Below, one piece after another: positions 31,034-39,261 of a stretch of DNA of 64,000 bases (its first letter is position 1; every line of letters begins with the position of its first letter). A program made the position numbers and the translations under genes. The stretch spans positions 29,956 to 93,955 of the forward strand of contig JAHJKP010000040.1 of NCBI GenBank assembly GCA_018821985.1. Direction: 5' to 3'. This DNA is from Pseudomonadota bacterium (GTDB taxonomy: Bacteria > Desulfobacterota > Desulfobulbia > Desulfobulbales > Desulfocapsaceae). The notes beneath the pieces were generated by a model. The model did no database searches. It saw only the letters and a program-made list of their open reading frames with translations, and was not told where the DNA came from.

Positions 31034-32191
31034 ATGACTACTCAGATCAGCAGAGAGGACGGCCTCTATTATCGTCAGACCCTCTTTGACAAGGCCAAAC
31101 GTATTGTCGTTAAGGTCGGCAGTGCCGTTCTTACTAACGAGTCTGGCATCAATCAAAATGTTGTAGAAAACATTGCCCGTGACTTGTCCTTTCTCAAGGA
31201 CAGTGGACGTGAGGTCATTCTTGTTACCTCTGGAGCCGTTGCCGCCGGCCGAAAAAAAATTGTCCTCAGTGATACCCTTAAAATTGGTCTCCAGGAAAAG
31301 CAGGCCCTGGCTGCCATTGGTCAGTCCTGTTTGATGCAGACCTATGACGAGGCCTTTCAACGACACGGCAAGATCATCAGTCAACTCCTGCTGACGCACG
31401 CCGATCTTGCAAGCCGTGACAGATATCTCAATGTCCGCAACACCATCCACACCCTGTTTCGTTTCGGGGCTATTCCCATAATCAATGAGAATGATCCTGT
31501 CTCAGGCGAAGAACTTCGTTTTGGGGATAATGATACCTTGGGAGCCCTGATCACCAATCTTATTGAGGCCGATATGTTTATCTGTCTCACTGATGTCGAT
31601 TGCCTCTATACCGGCAACCCGCTCTCCGATCCTTCAGCCCGCCCTGTTTATACCGTTGCCCGGGTTACCCCGGAGATTGAGGCCATGGCCGGTAATATGA
31701 AAAGTGCCCTTGGCACTGGAGGCATGCAGTCCAAAATTCGTGCAGCGAAGATGGTGGCAGCAGGTGGAGGCTGCTCGTTTATAGGGCCTGGCCGCAAGGA
31801 CTCGATCCTGCAGAAACTATTCAGTGGGGAAATGATCGGGACCTTCTTTCTTCCGGCCGAAGACAAAATTCACCGCCGCAAGCACTGGATTGCCTATGTG
31901 TTACGACCTAAAGGCTACCTGGTCCTTGACGATGGGGCCTGTGCTGCTCTCAGTCGACATGGCAAGAGTCTTCTTTCTTCGGGGATTCTTGAGGTGCGGG
32001 GTGAATTCGGGGTAGGGGATGCCGTCCATTGTCTTGATATCAACAATAAACTGATAGCGGCAGGACTGGTTAATTATAGTTCTCTTAACCTTGATATCAT
32101 CAAGAAGTATCATTCTGATGAGATTGAGTCCCTGCTTGGATTTAAGGATTGCGATGAGGTTATCCATCGAGATAACTTAGTTCTATTATAG
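31034..32191 (+). CDS. proB: glutamate 5-kinase
   Basis: RIVVKVGSAVLT amino-acid-kinase start and a C-terminal PUA domain. ATG at 31034 preferred over TTG at 31028. Confidence 0.93.
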   Translation: MTTQISREDGLYYRQTLFDKAKRIVVKVGSAVLTNESGINQNVVENIARDLSFLKDSGREVILVTSGAVAAGRKKIVLSDTLKIGLQEKQALAAIGQSCLMQTYDEAFQRHGKIISQLLLTHADLASRDRYLNVRNTIHTLFRFGAIPIINENDPVSGEELRFGDNDTLGALITNLIEADMFICLTDVDCLYTGNPLSDPSARPVYTVARVTPEIEAMAGNMKSALGTGGMQSKIRAAKMVAAGGGCSFIGPGRKDSILQKLFSGEMIGTFFLPAEDKIHRRKHWIAYVLRPKGYLVLDDGACAALSRHGKSLLSSGILEVRGEFGVGDAVHCLDINNKLIAAGLVNYSSLNLDIIKKYHSDEIESLLGFKDCDEVIHRDNLVLL

Positions 32192-32205
32192 GAGTAGGAA
32201 TCAAA

Positions 32206-33474
32206 ATGTCACAAAATAAAGAAATTGATGAGAGCATTCAGCTGATGGCCCAGAAGGCAAAAAAGGCGGCCAGAACCCTGATTTCTTTATCCACTGAAAC
32301 CAAGAATAATCTTCTCCGGCAGATGGCTGAGGCACTTGAGGCAAAACGGCCGTTTATCCAGCAACAAAACCAGAAAGATTTGCTGGCTGGACAAAAAAAA
32401 GGATTATCTGCGGCCATGCTGGACCGTCTGGAACTCTCAGATAAGGTCATGGCCTCCATGATTAATGGCCTGTTGGAGGTTGCCGCCCTGCCGGATCCCG
32501 TGGGTGAGGTTTTAAATCTTAGCAAAAGACCCAATGGCTTAATGGTGGGGAGGATGCGGATACCCCTGGGGGTGATCGGGATGATTTATGAGTCCCGTCC
32601 CAATGTGACCGTGGATGCAGCGGCTCTTTGCCTGAAGGCCGGCAATGCCATTATTTTAAGAGGGGGGTCAGAGGCTATTCATTCCAATCTCGCCCTGGCA
32701 GAAGTGCTGCAAGGAGTCCTTGTCGCCAGTAATATTGATCCTGCGGCCATCCAGGTCGTTCCGGTAACTGATCGCGCGGCAGTGACAACGCTTCTGGCCC
32801 AGGAAAAGTTCATTGATCTGATTATTCCACGCGGAGGTGAAGGCCTGATCCGCTTTGTCTCGGAAACGTCACGGATTCCGGTCTTAAAGCACTACAAAGG
32901 GGTTTGTCATATCTTTGTTGACAGCAGTGCCGACCTTTTAAAAGCCACCCCGGTTATCATGAATTCCAAGACCCAGCGGCCTGGCGTCTGTAATGCCCTT
33001 GAAGGGTTGCTCATTCATCGCGATATTGCTGCCAGTTATCTGCCGCTCATTGCTGAAGAACTCCAAATGGCCGGTGTGGAGCTTCGTGGCTGTGTTGAGA
33101 GCGTTGCCCTGGCCTCCACAATCAAGCTCGCTTCCGCGGCTGACTGGGGGACTGAATTTCTTGACCTGATTCTCTGCGTGAAGGTTGTCGGTTCCCTTGA
33201 TGAAGCCATGTCCTATATGGCTGATTATGGATCTCAACACACGGAAGTCATCATTACTGAAGATTACAGCAATGCCCAGCGTTTTTTGGCTGAGGTTGAT
33301 GCCTCGGCAGTAATGGTCAATGCCTCTACCAGATTCAACGATGGTGGACAGCTTGGCCTGGGAGCGGAAATAGGAATCAGCACAACGAAGTTACATGCCT
33401 ACGGCCCCATGGGGCTCTCCGAGCTTACCACCAAGAAATTTATTATTTATGGTGCCGGGCAGGTACGGAGTTGA
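32206..33474 (+). CDS. proA: gamma-glutamyl phosphate reductase
   Basis: Aldehyde-dehydrogenase fold with catalytic Cys in PGVCNALEGLLIH. AGGAG SD. Confidence 0.95.
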   Translation: MSQNKEIDESIQLMAQKAKKAARTLISLSTETKNNLLRQMAEALEAKRPFIQQQNQKDLLAGQKKGLSAAMLDRLELSDKVMASMINGLLEVAALPDPVGEVLNLSKRPNGLMVGRMRIPLGVIGMIYESRPNVTVDAAALCLKAGNAIILRGGSEAIHSNLALAEVLQGVLVASNIDPAAIQVVPVTDRAAVTTLLAQEKFIDLIIPRGGEGLIRFVSETSRIPVLKHYKGVCHIFVDSSADLLKATPVIMNSKTQRPGVCNALEGLLIHRDIAASYLPLIAEELQMAGVELRGCVESVALASTIKLASAADWGTEFLDLILCVKVVGSLDEAMSYMADYGSQHTEVIITEDYSNAQRFLAEVDASAVMVNASTRFNDGGQLGLGAEIGISTTKLHAYGPMGLSELTTKKFIIYGAGQVRS

Positions 33475-34124
33475 ATCAACGCGTAGGGCTCCTCGGAGGT
33501 ACCTTTGATCCTATTCATAATGGCCATCTGCAGATTGCCGACATTGCCAAGAATTTTTGCGATCTGCAGGAGGTCATGTTTATTCCCGCAGCCGTTCCTC
33601 CTCATAAGAGTTGTAAAGCGGTGGCCAATTTTAACCATCGGGCCAGTATGATTCAACTGGCCCTGGCAGGAAGGCCTGAATTCAAGCTTTCCACCATTGA
33701 GGCCAGTCTGCCTGGACCGTCCTATACCATTGATACCTTACGGTATTTGGATAGTCATGCAACGATTGCTACGGACTTTTTTTTCATTATCGGTGCGGAT
33801 GCATTTCTCGATATCAGCACCTGGAAATTATACAGGCAGGTTCTTGAGGCTACTCATTTGGTGGTACTGGCCAGGACAGGGAGCGATTCCTGCAAAGTGA
33901 AAGATCTCATTACAACACTTGGCTATAAACCGGACGATTCCTTCCAAATCTGGTTTCATCCTTCTTTTCAGAAAAAAATTTATTCCCCTCTTCTTCCTTC
34001 AATGTCACTTGTTGATATTTCTTCCTCCCATATTCGTCAGAGCATCAAAGCCAATATACCAGTTGAAGGACTTGTGCCTTCTGCTATCCTTGAGTATATC
34101 CATAGACATGACCTTTATGTTTGA
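33471..34124 (+). CDS. nadD: nicotinate-nucleotide adenylyltransferase
   Basis: GGTFDPIHNGHL (HxGH motif), ISSSHIR near the C-terminus, 4-nt overlap with proA. Confidence 0.9.
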   Translation: MNQRVGLLGGTFDPIHNGHLQIADIAKNFCDLQEVMFIPAAVPPHKSCKAVANFNHRASMIQLALAGRPEFKLSTIEASLPGPSYTIDTLRYLDSHATIATDFFFIIGADAFLDISTWKLYRQVLEATHLVVLARTGSDSCKVKDLITTLGYKPDDSFQIWFHPSFQKKIYSPLLPSMSLVDISSSHIRQSIKANIPVEGLVPSAILEYIHRHDLYV

Positions 34125-34178
34125 CGGTAAAAGAATGCGAAAAATCTGCTACGTATTCTTTAATGATATGGCGTCCCC

Positions 34179-34209
34179 TTGACAGTTCCACTTTCTATCA
34201 TGTTATAAT
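34179..34209 (+). promoter_or_regulatory. sigma-70-type promoter (consensus -35, extended -10)
   Basis: TTGACA (34179-34184), a 19-nt spacer ending in TGT, then TATAAT (34204-34209). A ~165-nt leader follows, containing the direct repeat ATCTTGAT at 34280-34287 and 34293-34300. Confidence 0.5.
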
Positions 34210-34380
34210 GCATAAATTGAGATTTTTGTCTTGTCGGCTGGAGTTTTCCGAGAGGGAAGGTGTGCAAAAAATACTGCAAATCTTGATCGTTTATCTTGAT
34301 TGAGTGCAGTCAGGTTCTTTTTTTGTTCGAATAGCTCCGGCGATCTATCTTAGAAATTGTTTTTATGAGGCAAGAGTTTA

Positions 34381-35601
34381 TTGACACATAGGACGACCCA
34401 TACAACTGCGCCATCTTCTCCAATCAAAGTTCTTATTGCTGATGATTCCTGGGTTTTTCGCAGGATATTGCGTGATATCTTTAAAAGGATGCAGCATATT
34501 CAGGTAATAGATGATGCGGCAAACGGCATAGAGGCCCTCGAACAGATTATCAAGTTCCGTCCAGATGTTCTGATCCTGGATATGGAGATGCCGATCATGG
34601 ACGGGTTGACAACCTTGCAGCATCTGATGATTCATACCCCTACTCCGACCATCATCTTTTCCAGTTTAAGCCAGGATGGCACCGCCAGATCTTTTGATGC
34701 GCTCAAGTATGGTGCTGTTGATTTTGTGGCCAAGTCATCTTTCTTCAAGGGAAGTGATATGGCCGCCGACAATGAACTGATAATCAAGAAAGTGACCCAG
34801 GCAGCAACTATTACCGTAAAGTCTATTGATCCAATGCAGTCTGTATTTGGTATAGGTGAGATAGGCAATGTCCCGCATCTTGTTTTTTGTGAAGATTGCG
34901 GAACCAGGAATGTGGTAGATGCGCAGACACTTTCAATGAGCGATAGTGCGCACTGCAGCCACTGTGGTGATGAAATTAAATTAAGTACGGATGATAAATT
35001 CCGCCGGCTTTCCTATGCCGTGGTAATGGGCGCGGGTGAGGGTGGGTATGTTAATCTGTTGCAAATCATTCCTTATCTTTCTCCCGAAATGGGTGGGGCC
35101 GTGGTTGTGGTTATCCATGACGAACCGGAAAAAGTTTCTTCTTTTGTCGAATATCTTGGTTCAATCAGTGGCATGAAAGTGGTGCGCGGTCAAGATGGCC
35201 TGACCATGGAGGGTGGCTCTTGCTATATCTTCTCCGGCACGGAACGAGTGACTTTTTCGCCTTATAGCGGTCATTATGTCCTGCGGGTGACGAGTGATCC
35301 AAGTTTTGTGAAACAAGGGGCGATTAATACGACGTTGATGTCGCTGTCGCCACTCTTAAAGGAACGGGTTGTGGGAATAGTGCTTTCTGGGTCTGAAAAT
35401 GACGGTGTGAAAGGGATGGATGCAATTGGAAAGCATAACGGCACAGTTATTAGTTTGGATCTCTCTCGATGTCTTTGTAAAGATATGAGTGAAAAAATTA
35501 TCCGTAAATTCCCAGAAACATTGATTGCTGATGAGCAAGGGATTGTGGAGTTGCTTGCAAAGCTGGATCGCCAAAACCGCCAGCAGGTTGTAACGGCATA
35601 G
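34381..35601 (+). CDS. response regulator: REC - zinc ribbon - CheB-like methylesterase domain lacking the catalytic Ser
   Basis: The REC domain has ADDS, LILDMEMP and a Lys (intact phospho-acceptor set). The linker carries CEDCG...CSHCG. In the CheB domain the consensus GASTGG is GAGEGG, while the His (VVVIHDEP) and Asp (GSENDG) positions are kept. TTG start. Confidence 0.8.
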   Translation: MTHRTTHTTAPSSPIKVLIADDSWVFRRILRDIFKRMQHIQVIDDAANGIEALEQIIKFRPDVLILDMEMPIMDGLTTLQHLMIHTPTPTIIFSSLSQDGTARSFDALKYGAVDFVAKSSFFKGSDMAADNELIIKKVTQAATITVKSIDPMQSVFGIGEIGNVPHLVFCEDCGTRNVVDAQTLSMSDSAHCSHCGDEIKLSTDDKFRRLSYAVVMGAGEGGYVNLLQIIPYLSPEMGGAVVVVIHDEPEKVSSFVEYLGSISGMKVVRGQDGLTMEGGSCYIFSGTERVTFSPYSGHYVLRVTSDPSFVKQGAINTTLMSLSPLLKERVVGIVLSGSENDGVKGMDAIGKHNGTVISLDLSRCLCKDMSEKIIRKFPETLIADEQGIVELLAKLDRQNRQQVVTA

Positions 35602-35667
35602 TAATTGTCTATTGTCCCAAGTACAGTCCTGACAATAAAATCGATATTTTTTTAGAAAGGATATTTT

Positions 35668-36027
35668 ATGGAAAATGAGAATTCTTCTGAACGTAGAAAA
35701 TACCCCCGTATTCCACTTGATCTGGAAGTGGATGTGAATCTGATCCCATCAGATAATGCACAGCCTGTTGGGGATATCGTTTGCTGCAAGTGTCGGGATA
35801 TTAGTGGTGGTGGAATTTCCTTTTATTCAATGGACCCATATCCCCTGCAATCTGTATTGAGGCTTGATATTGCCCTGGATGAACTCAATATCAAGGTGAT
35901 GGGAAAGGTGTTGTGGGCCAAAAAATTCCCCACAGCTCCGTTCTGTTTAACAGGCGTTCAATTTCTAAATATCTATGAACAGGATTTTAAGGAACTTTGT
36001 TCTTATATTGACACAAAGTGCTTATAG
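35668..36027 (+). CDS. PilZ-domain protein (c-di-GMP receptor type)
   Basis: RRKYPR (RxxxR) and DISGGGISF (DxSxxG) motifs. 119 aa. Confidence 0.8.
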   Translation: MENENSSERRKYPRIPLDLEVDVNLIPSDNAQPVGDIVCCKCRDISGGGISFYSMDPYPLQSVLRLDIALDELNIKVMGKVLWAKKFPTAPFCLTGVQFLNIYEQDFKELCSYIDTKCL

Positions 36028-36101
36028 AATTGATGTGTAAGGTTCTGTATGGCATGTAGGCTATGCCTGGCCCGGGGGTGTATAGCTTCTTTGAGATAAT
36101 A

Positions 36102-37397
36102 ATGCGTTTTATTGCTGATCTTCATATCCATTCACTCTATTCCAGAGCCACCAGTAAGAGTTCCCATATCCGTTCCCTGGCAGCTTGGTCTCAGATAAAA
36201 GGGGTTCATCTTCTGGGAACAGGAGATTTCACTCATCCATTATGGTTCCGTGAACTGCAAGAGACAGTTGAGCCTGCTGAACCTGGATTCTTTCAGTTGA
36301 AAGGATCACTTAGGCCCGATTTTCCCCTACCCTTTTCTTTTACGCCCTCACCAGAGCCACTTCCTGCCCGATTTGTCCTCAGCGCTGAGGTAAGTTGTAT
36401 CTATAAACGTCATGGCAGGGTAAGGAAGGTACATAATCTGATTTATGTCCCCGATTTTACCTCGGCAGGACGTATCAACGAGACCTTGGCCACCATCGGA
36501 AATCTTGCGGCAGATGGCCGGCCAATACTCGGGCTTGATTCGCGGGACCTTCTGGAGATAGTTCTGGACAAGGCCCCCGGAGGGTTCCTTGTCCCGGCCC
36601 ATATCTGGACACCCTGGTTTTCCCTCTTTGGTTCAAGGTCAGGATTTGACTCAGTTGAAGAATGTTTTGGAGATCTTACGTCCCATATCTTCTCCCTGGA
36701 GACAGGGCTCTCTTCTGATCCGGCAATGAATCGGCTTATCTCAGCTCTTGATCATTACACCCTTATTTCGAACTCTGATTGTCACTCTCCAGGGAAATTG
36801 TGTCGGGAGGCCAATGTCTTTGATACCACATTTGATTTTTTTGCCATGAAGGCCGCTTTGCAGAATCCATGTGATGCAAGCGGCCATCGCCATCTGGCAG
36901 CGACTATTGAATTTTTCCCGGAAGAGGGAAAATATCATTACGATGGCCATCGTAAATGTGGCTTCTGTTGTGATCCATATCAAAGTCGCGAGTTGCACGG
37001 ACTCTGTCCGGTCTGCGGTAAACCCATGACCATAGGCGTCCTTTCTAGAGTCCTTTGTCTTGCTGACAGGCAGTCTCCTGTTTTTCCCTCTGGAGCTCCT
37101 GATGTCTACAGTCTGATACCGCTTCAAGAAATTCTTGCGGAACTTCTTGGGGTTGGGCCAGGGGCAAAAACGGTTATGAGGAACTATCTAAAACTTATTC
37201 AAGAATTTGGCTCCGAGTTGACGATCCTGACTGAGACCCCGGTTGCCGACTTATTATCCGCGGATGTGCCCTGTTTAGGTGAGGCTATCAGTCGGGTAAG
37301 GCAGAATCAGATCCAACGGAAAGCAGGTTTTGATGGCGAATTTGGCACAATTAAGGTTTATAAAGAAGGTGAAGGTAGATTGAAGGCTAAAAAGTGA
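36102..37397 (+). CDS. endonuclease Q (EndoQ)-like PHP-domain nuclease with zinc finger
   Basis: Shares blocks with P. furiosus EndoQ as I remember it: DLHIHSLYSRATSK, LLGTGDFTHP, PAHIWTPWFSLF, LETGLSSDP, SNSDCHSP, GKYHYDGH...CPVCGKPMTIGV, FGSELTIL. Start placed at MRFIADLHIHS. Confidence 0.8.
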   Translation: MRFIADLHIHSLYSRATSKSSHIRSLAAWSQIKGVHLLGTGDFTHPLWFRELQETVEPAEPGFFQLKGSLRPDFPLPFSFTPSPEPLPARFVLSAEVSCIYKRHGRVRKVHNLIYVPDFTSAGRINETLATIGNLAADGRPILGLDSRDLLEIVLDKAPGGFLVPAHIWTPWFSLFGSRSGFDSVEECFGDLTSHIFSLETGLSSDPAMNRLISALDHYTLISNSDCHSPGKLCREANVFDTTFDFFAMKAALQNPCDASGHRHLAATIEFFPEEGKYHYDGHRKCGFCCDPYQSRELHGLCPVCGKPMTIGVLSRVLCLADRQSPVFPSGAPDVYSLIPLQEILAELLGVGPGAKTVMRNYLKLIQEFGSELTILTETPVADLLSADVPCLGEAISRVRQNQIQRKAGFDGEFGTIKVYKEGEGRLKAKK

Positions 37398-37474
37398 GAG
37401 TCAAGCTTAGCATCTAAAATACTTTCAGCTGATCCCCTTATATATTTTGATAATTCTATTATAGCGAGGAAGGT

Positions 37475-37642
37475 ATGCACTTATTTGAGACAGAAGAAGG
37501 TGACAAGTGGGTCTGTGTCAGTTGTGGCCAGGAACAGGCTGAGCTGATTGAGGAGAAAAAATGGGAGTTTATCTTTGATAAGGATAATCCCATGTTACGT
37601 TGCAGCATCTGTGGTCAGGGCGATTATGAGATAGAAGATTAA
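37475..37642 (+). CDS. small zinc-ribbon protein (55 aa, absent from the supplied ORF track)
   Basis: ATG preceded by GAGGAAGG. Translation MHLFETEEGDKWVCVSCGQEQAELIEEKKWEFIFDKDNPMLRCSICGQGDYEIED has two CxxC pairs. A strong terminator follows immediately. Confidence 0.5.
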   Translation: MHLFETEEGDKWVCVSCGQEQAELIEEKKWEFIFDKDNPMLRCSICGQGDYEIED

Positions 37643-37656
37643 GTGTACGTATTATC

Positions 37657-37702
37657 GCCCCGTCTTTCTGGAAAAAATAACATAAGGACGGGGCTTTTTT
37701 TT
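37657..37702 (+). terminator. intrinsic terminator (possibly bidirectional)
   Basis: GCCCCGTC-N22-GACGGGGC followed by T8. It abuts the stop of the convergent M23 peptidase gene. Confidence 0.7.
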
Positions 37703-39089
37703 AGTTGAATTTTGATTCTGCCACGGGACCATCAATGGTTACCGCAATCCAGTGCGGATCCCACCATTCTACAGGATTGACAAAGACGCCGTTGATCAGC
37801 ATGGAAAAGTGCAAATGGTCGCCTCCAGCCATGCCGGTGGTTCCGGTCAGGCCAAGAACGGTATTCTGATCCACTTGGCTGTCCATGGTAACATTGATCT
37901 GGCTGAGATGGGAATAGAGACTGAAGATCCCCTGGCCATGATCCAGCACCACCATCTCGCCATAAATCCCGTTATATCCTGTGAAGACAACCTTGCCGGC
38001 CTCGGCTGCTCTGACATCAGCTCTTTGCGTGGAGGCGATATCAACCCCCAGATGAACCTGTTCATCAATGGGCTGCCCATTATAAAAATAGGTGCGATGA
38101 TCAGCAAAACCAGCACGTGGACTGCCGGGCATGCGCTGAAAAGTCCCCTTCCAGAACCGTTCCGGGCTTGGATTTTGACAAAGATCATGAATTTTTTTAT
38201 TATTTATATCTCGCAGATCCCGGTTGGTGTAGAGATATTTTTCTATCATGTCCCCCTTCATCTCCGGGTAATGCTCCTCAAATTCAGGGATTTTTGCAGA
38301 GAGAAAGCCGTCGCTGATGTTAATGTCGTCATGTCTCTGGTTTGCTTTTTTATAGGTGCTGGAAAAACCGGTAGCGGTTTTATTTCCAGCAAGGTCTTCA
38401 GCTGTTATCTTGGCATCCACAATGGCCGTAGCATCATAAGGCAGGGCTATAAAGGCAATATAGGTGTGTTCCCGCCCATCATTGAGGGGAAATCCAGGAT
38501 GGAAGTTTCCGTTAATCTGGACTCCATGATGCATGGCGTCCTCCGTTGTCTGGTAAATGACAATCCCAGCACCGCCTTGTTTCAAATAGCGGGTGGCATG
38601 GAGGAGATTGATCTTCGGCGCCTTGGTATCAATGGTAATATTCTTGGCAATACGTGTCAGATTTCCCTGGAATAATCCCCAGAATGAATAATCACGCACT
38701 TCAAGAATGATCTCTGCAGGTCCTTCTTTCAGCCCAAGCTTTTTGATATCAATCAGTTGTTTCTCTTTGATCTCTGTCGGACCGGCTTTTCCCATATATC
38801 CCTGGCGGGGATAGTCCGTATGTAAAACTTCTTTATTCTGATTTTCCTGGTTGATGGCCATATGGATACTGCGAATGCCACTTTTTGCATCTGCTATGGT
38901 CAATTCCAGGGTGGTGTCTGCTCCGATATATTCGGGAATCTCATCCATGGTAATGACTGGTGCTCCTCTTTCAAAGAGGGTCATTGACGCGAAACCTGCA
39001 GCTGCCAGGAATGCCACAATGAGTAGAAGCAGAAATGGTTGCAGCAAGTTTCTCTTTTTACCATGTGTTTTAAATCGTTGTTCTGCCAT
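37701..39089 (-). CDS. M23-family (LytM-type) metallopeptidase
   Basis: N-terminal membrane anchor. HLGVDIAS and GGDHLHFSMLINGVFVNP zinc-ligand motifs. Confidence 0.85.
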   Translation of the reverse strand: MAEQRFKTHGKKRNLLQPFLLLLIVAFLAAAGFASMTLFERGAPVITMDEIPEYIGADTTLELTIADAKSGIRSIHMAINQENQNKEVLHTDYPRQGYMGKAGPTEIKEKQLIDIKKLGLKEGPAEIILEVRDYSFWGLFQGNLTRIAKNITIDTKAPKINLLHATRYLKQGGAGIVIYQTTEDAMHHGVQINGNFHPGFPLNDGREHTYIAFIALPYDATAIVDAKITAEDLAGNKTATGFSSTYKKANQRHDDINISDGFLSAKIPEFEEHYPEMKGDMIEKYLYTNRDLRDINNKKIHDLCQNPSPERFWKGTFQRMPGSPRAGFADHRTYFYNGQPIDEQVHLGVDIASTQRADVRAAEAGKVVFTGYNGIYGEMVVLDHGQGIFSLYSHLSQINVTMDSQVDQNTVLGLTGTTGMAGGDHLHFSMLINGVFVNPVEWWDPHWIAVTIDGPVAESKFN

Positions 39090-39261
39090 GAGGCTCTTAA
39101 CTCCTTTTTTAGCCTGATTGATCTTGTTTAAAATTATATTACCGGAAGTGTTATTCCATTACGCCGTCGTTCAAAAATAATCATATTATTCAAATAATGT
39201 GACCGGCATAAGGATCTGTAAAGAAACAGTCAGAAAGGTAATGGTTATGTCGTAACGATTC

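Noticed and set aside
34121-34303. 60-aa plus-strand ORF after nadD, and a 13-codon GTG leader peptide at about 34261-34302.
   Set aside because: The 60-aa ORF spans the predicted promoter itself. The leader peptide has its SD too close to the GTG. Neither can be supported.
34325-34332. GTTCGAAT resembling a tRNA T-loop.
   Set aside because: The flanking sequence cannot form acceptor, D or anticodon arms. It lies in the leader of the cheB-like gene. I recognised no tRNA, rRNA or tmRNA anywhere in the intergenic regions.
37752-38675. 307-aa plus-strand ORF. This entry also stands for the other long antisense ORFs: 20102-20797, 43873-44706, 49846-50550, 60401-61165 and 11328-11987.
   Set aside because: Each lies entirely inside a well-supported gene on the opposite strand (M23 peptidase, glgP, GGDEF-EAL, parE, macB, atpG). 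They have skewed, low-information composition and no recognisable motifs. Long antisense ORFs of this kind are typical of GC-rich coding regions.
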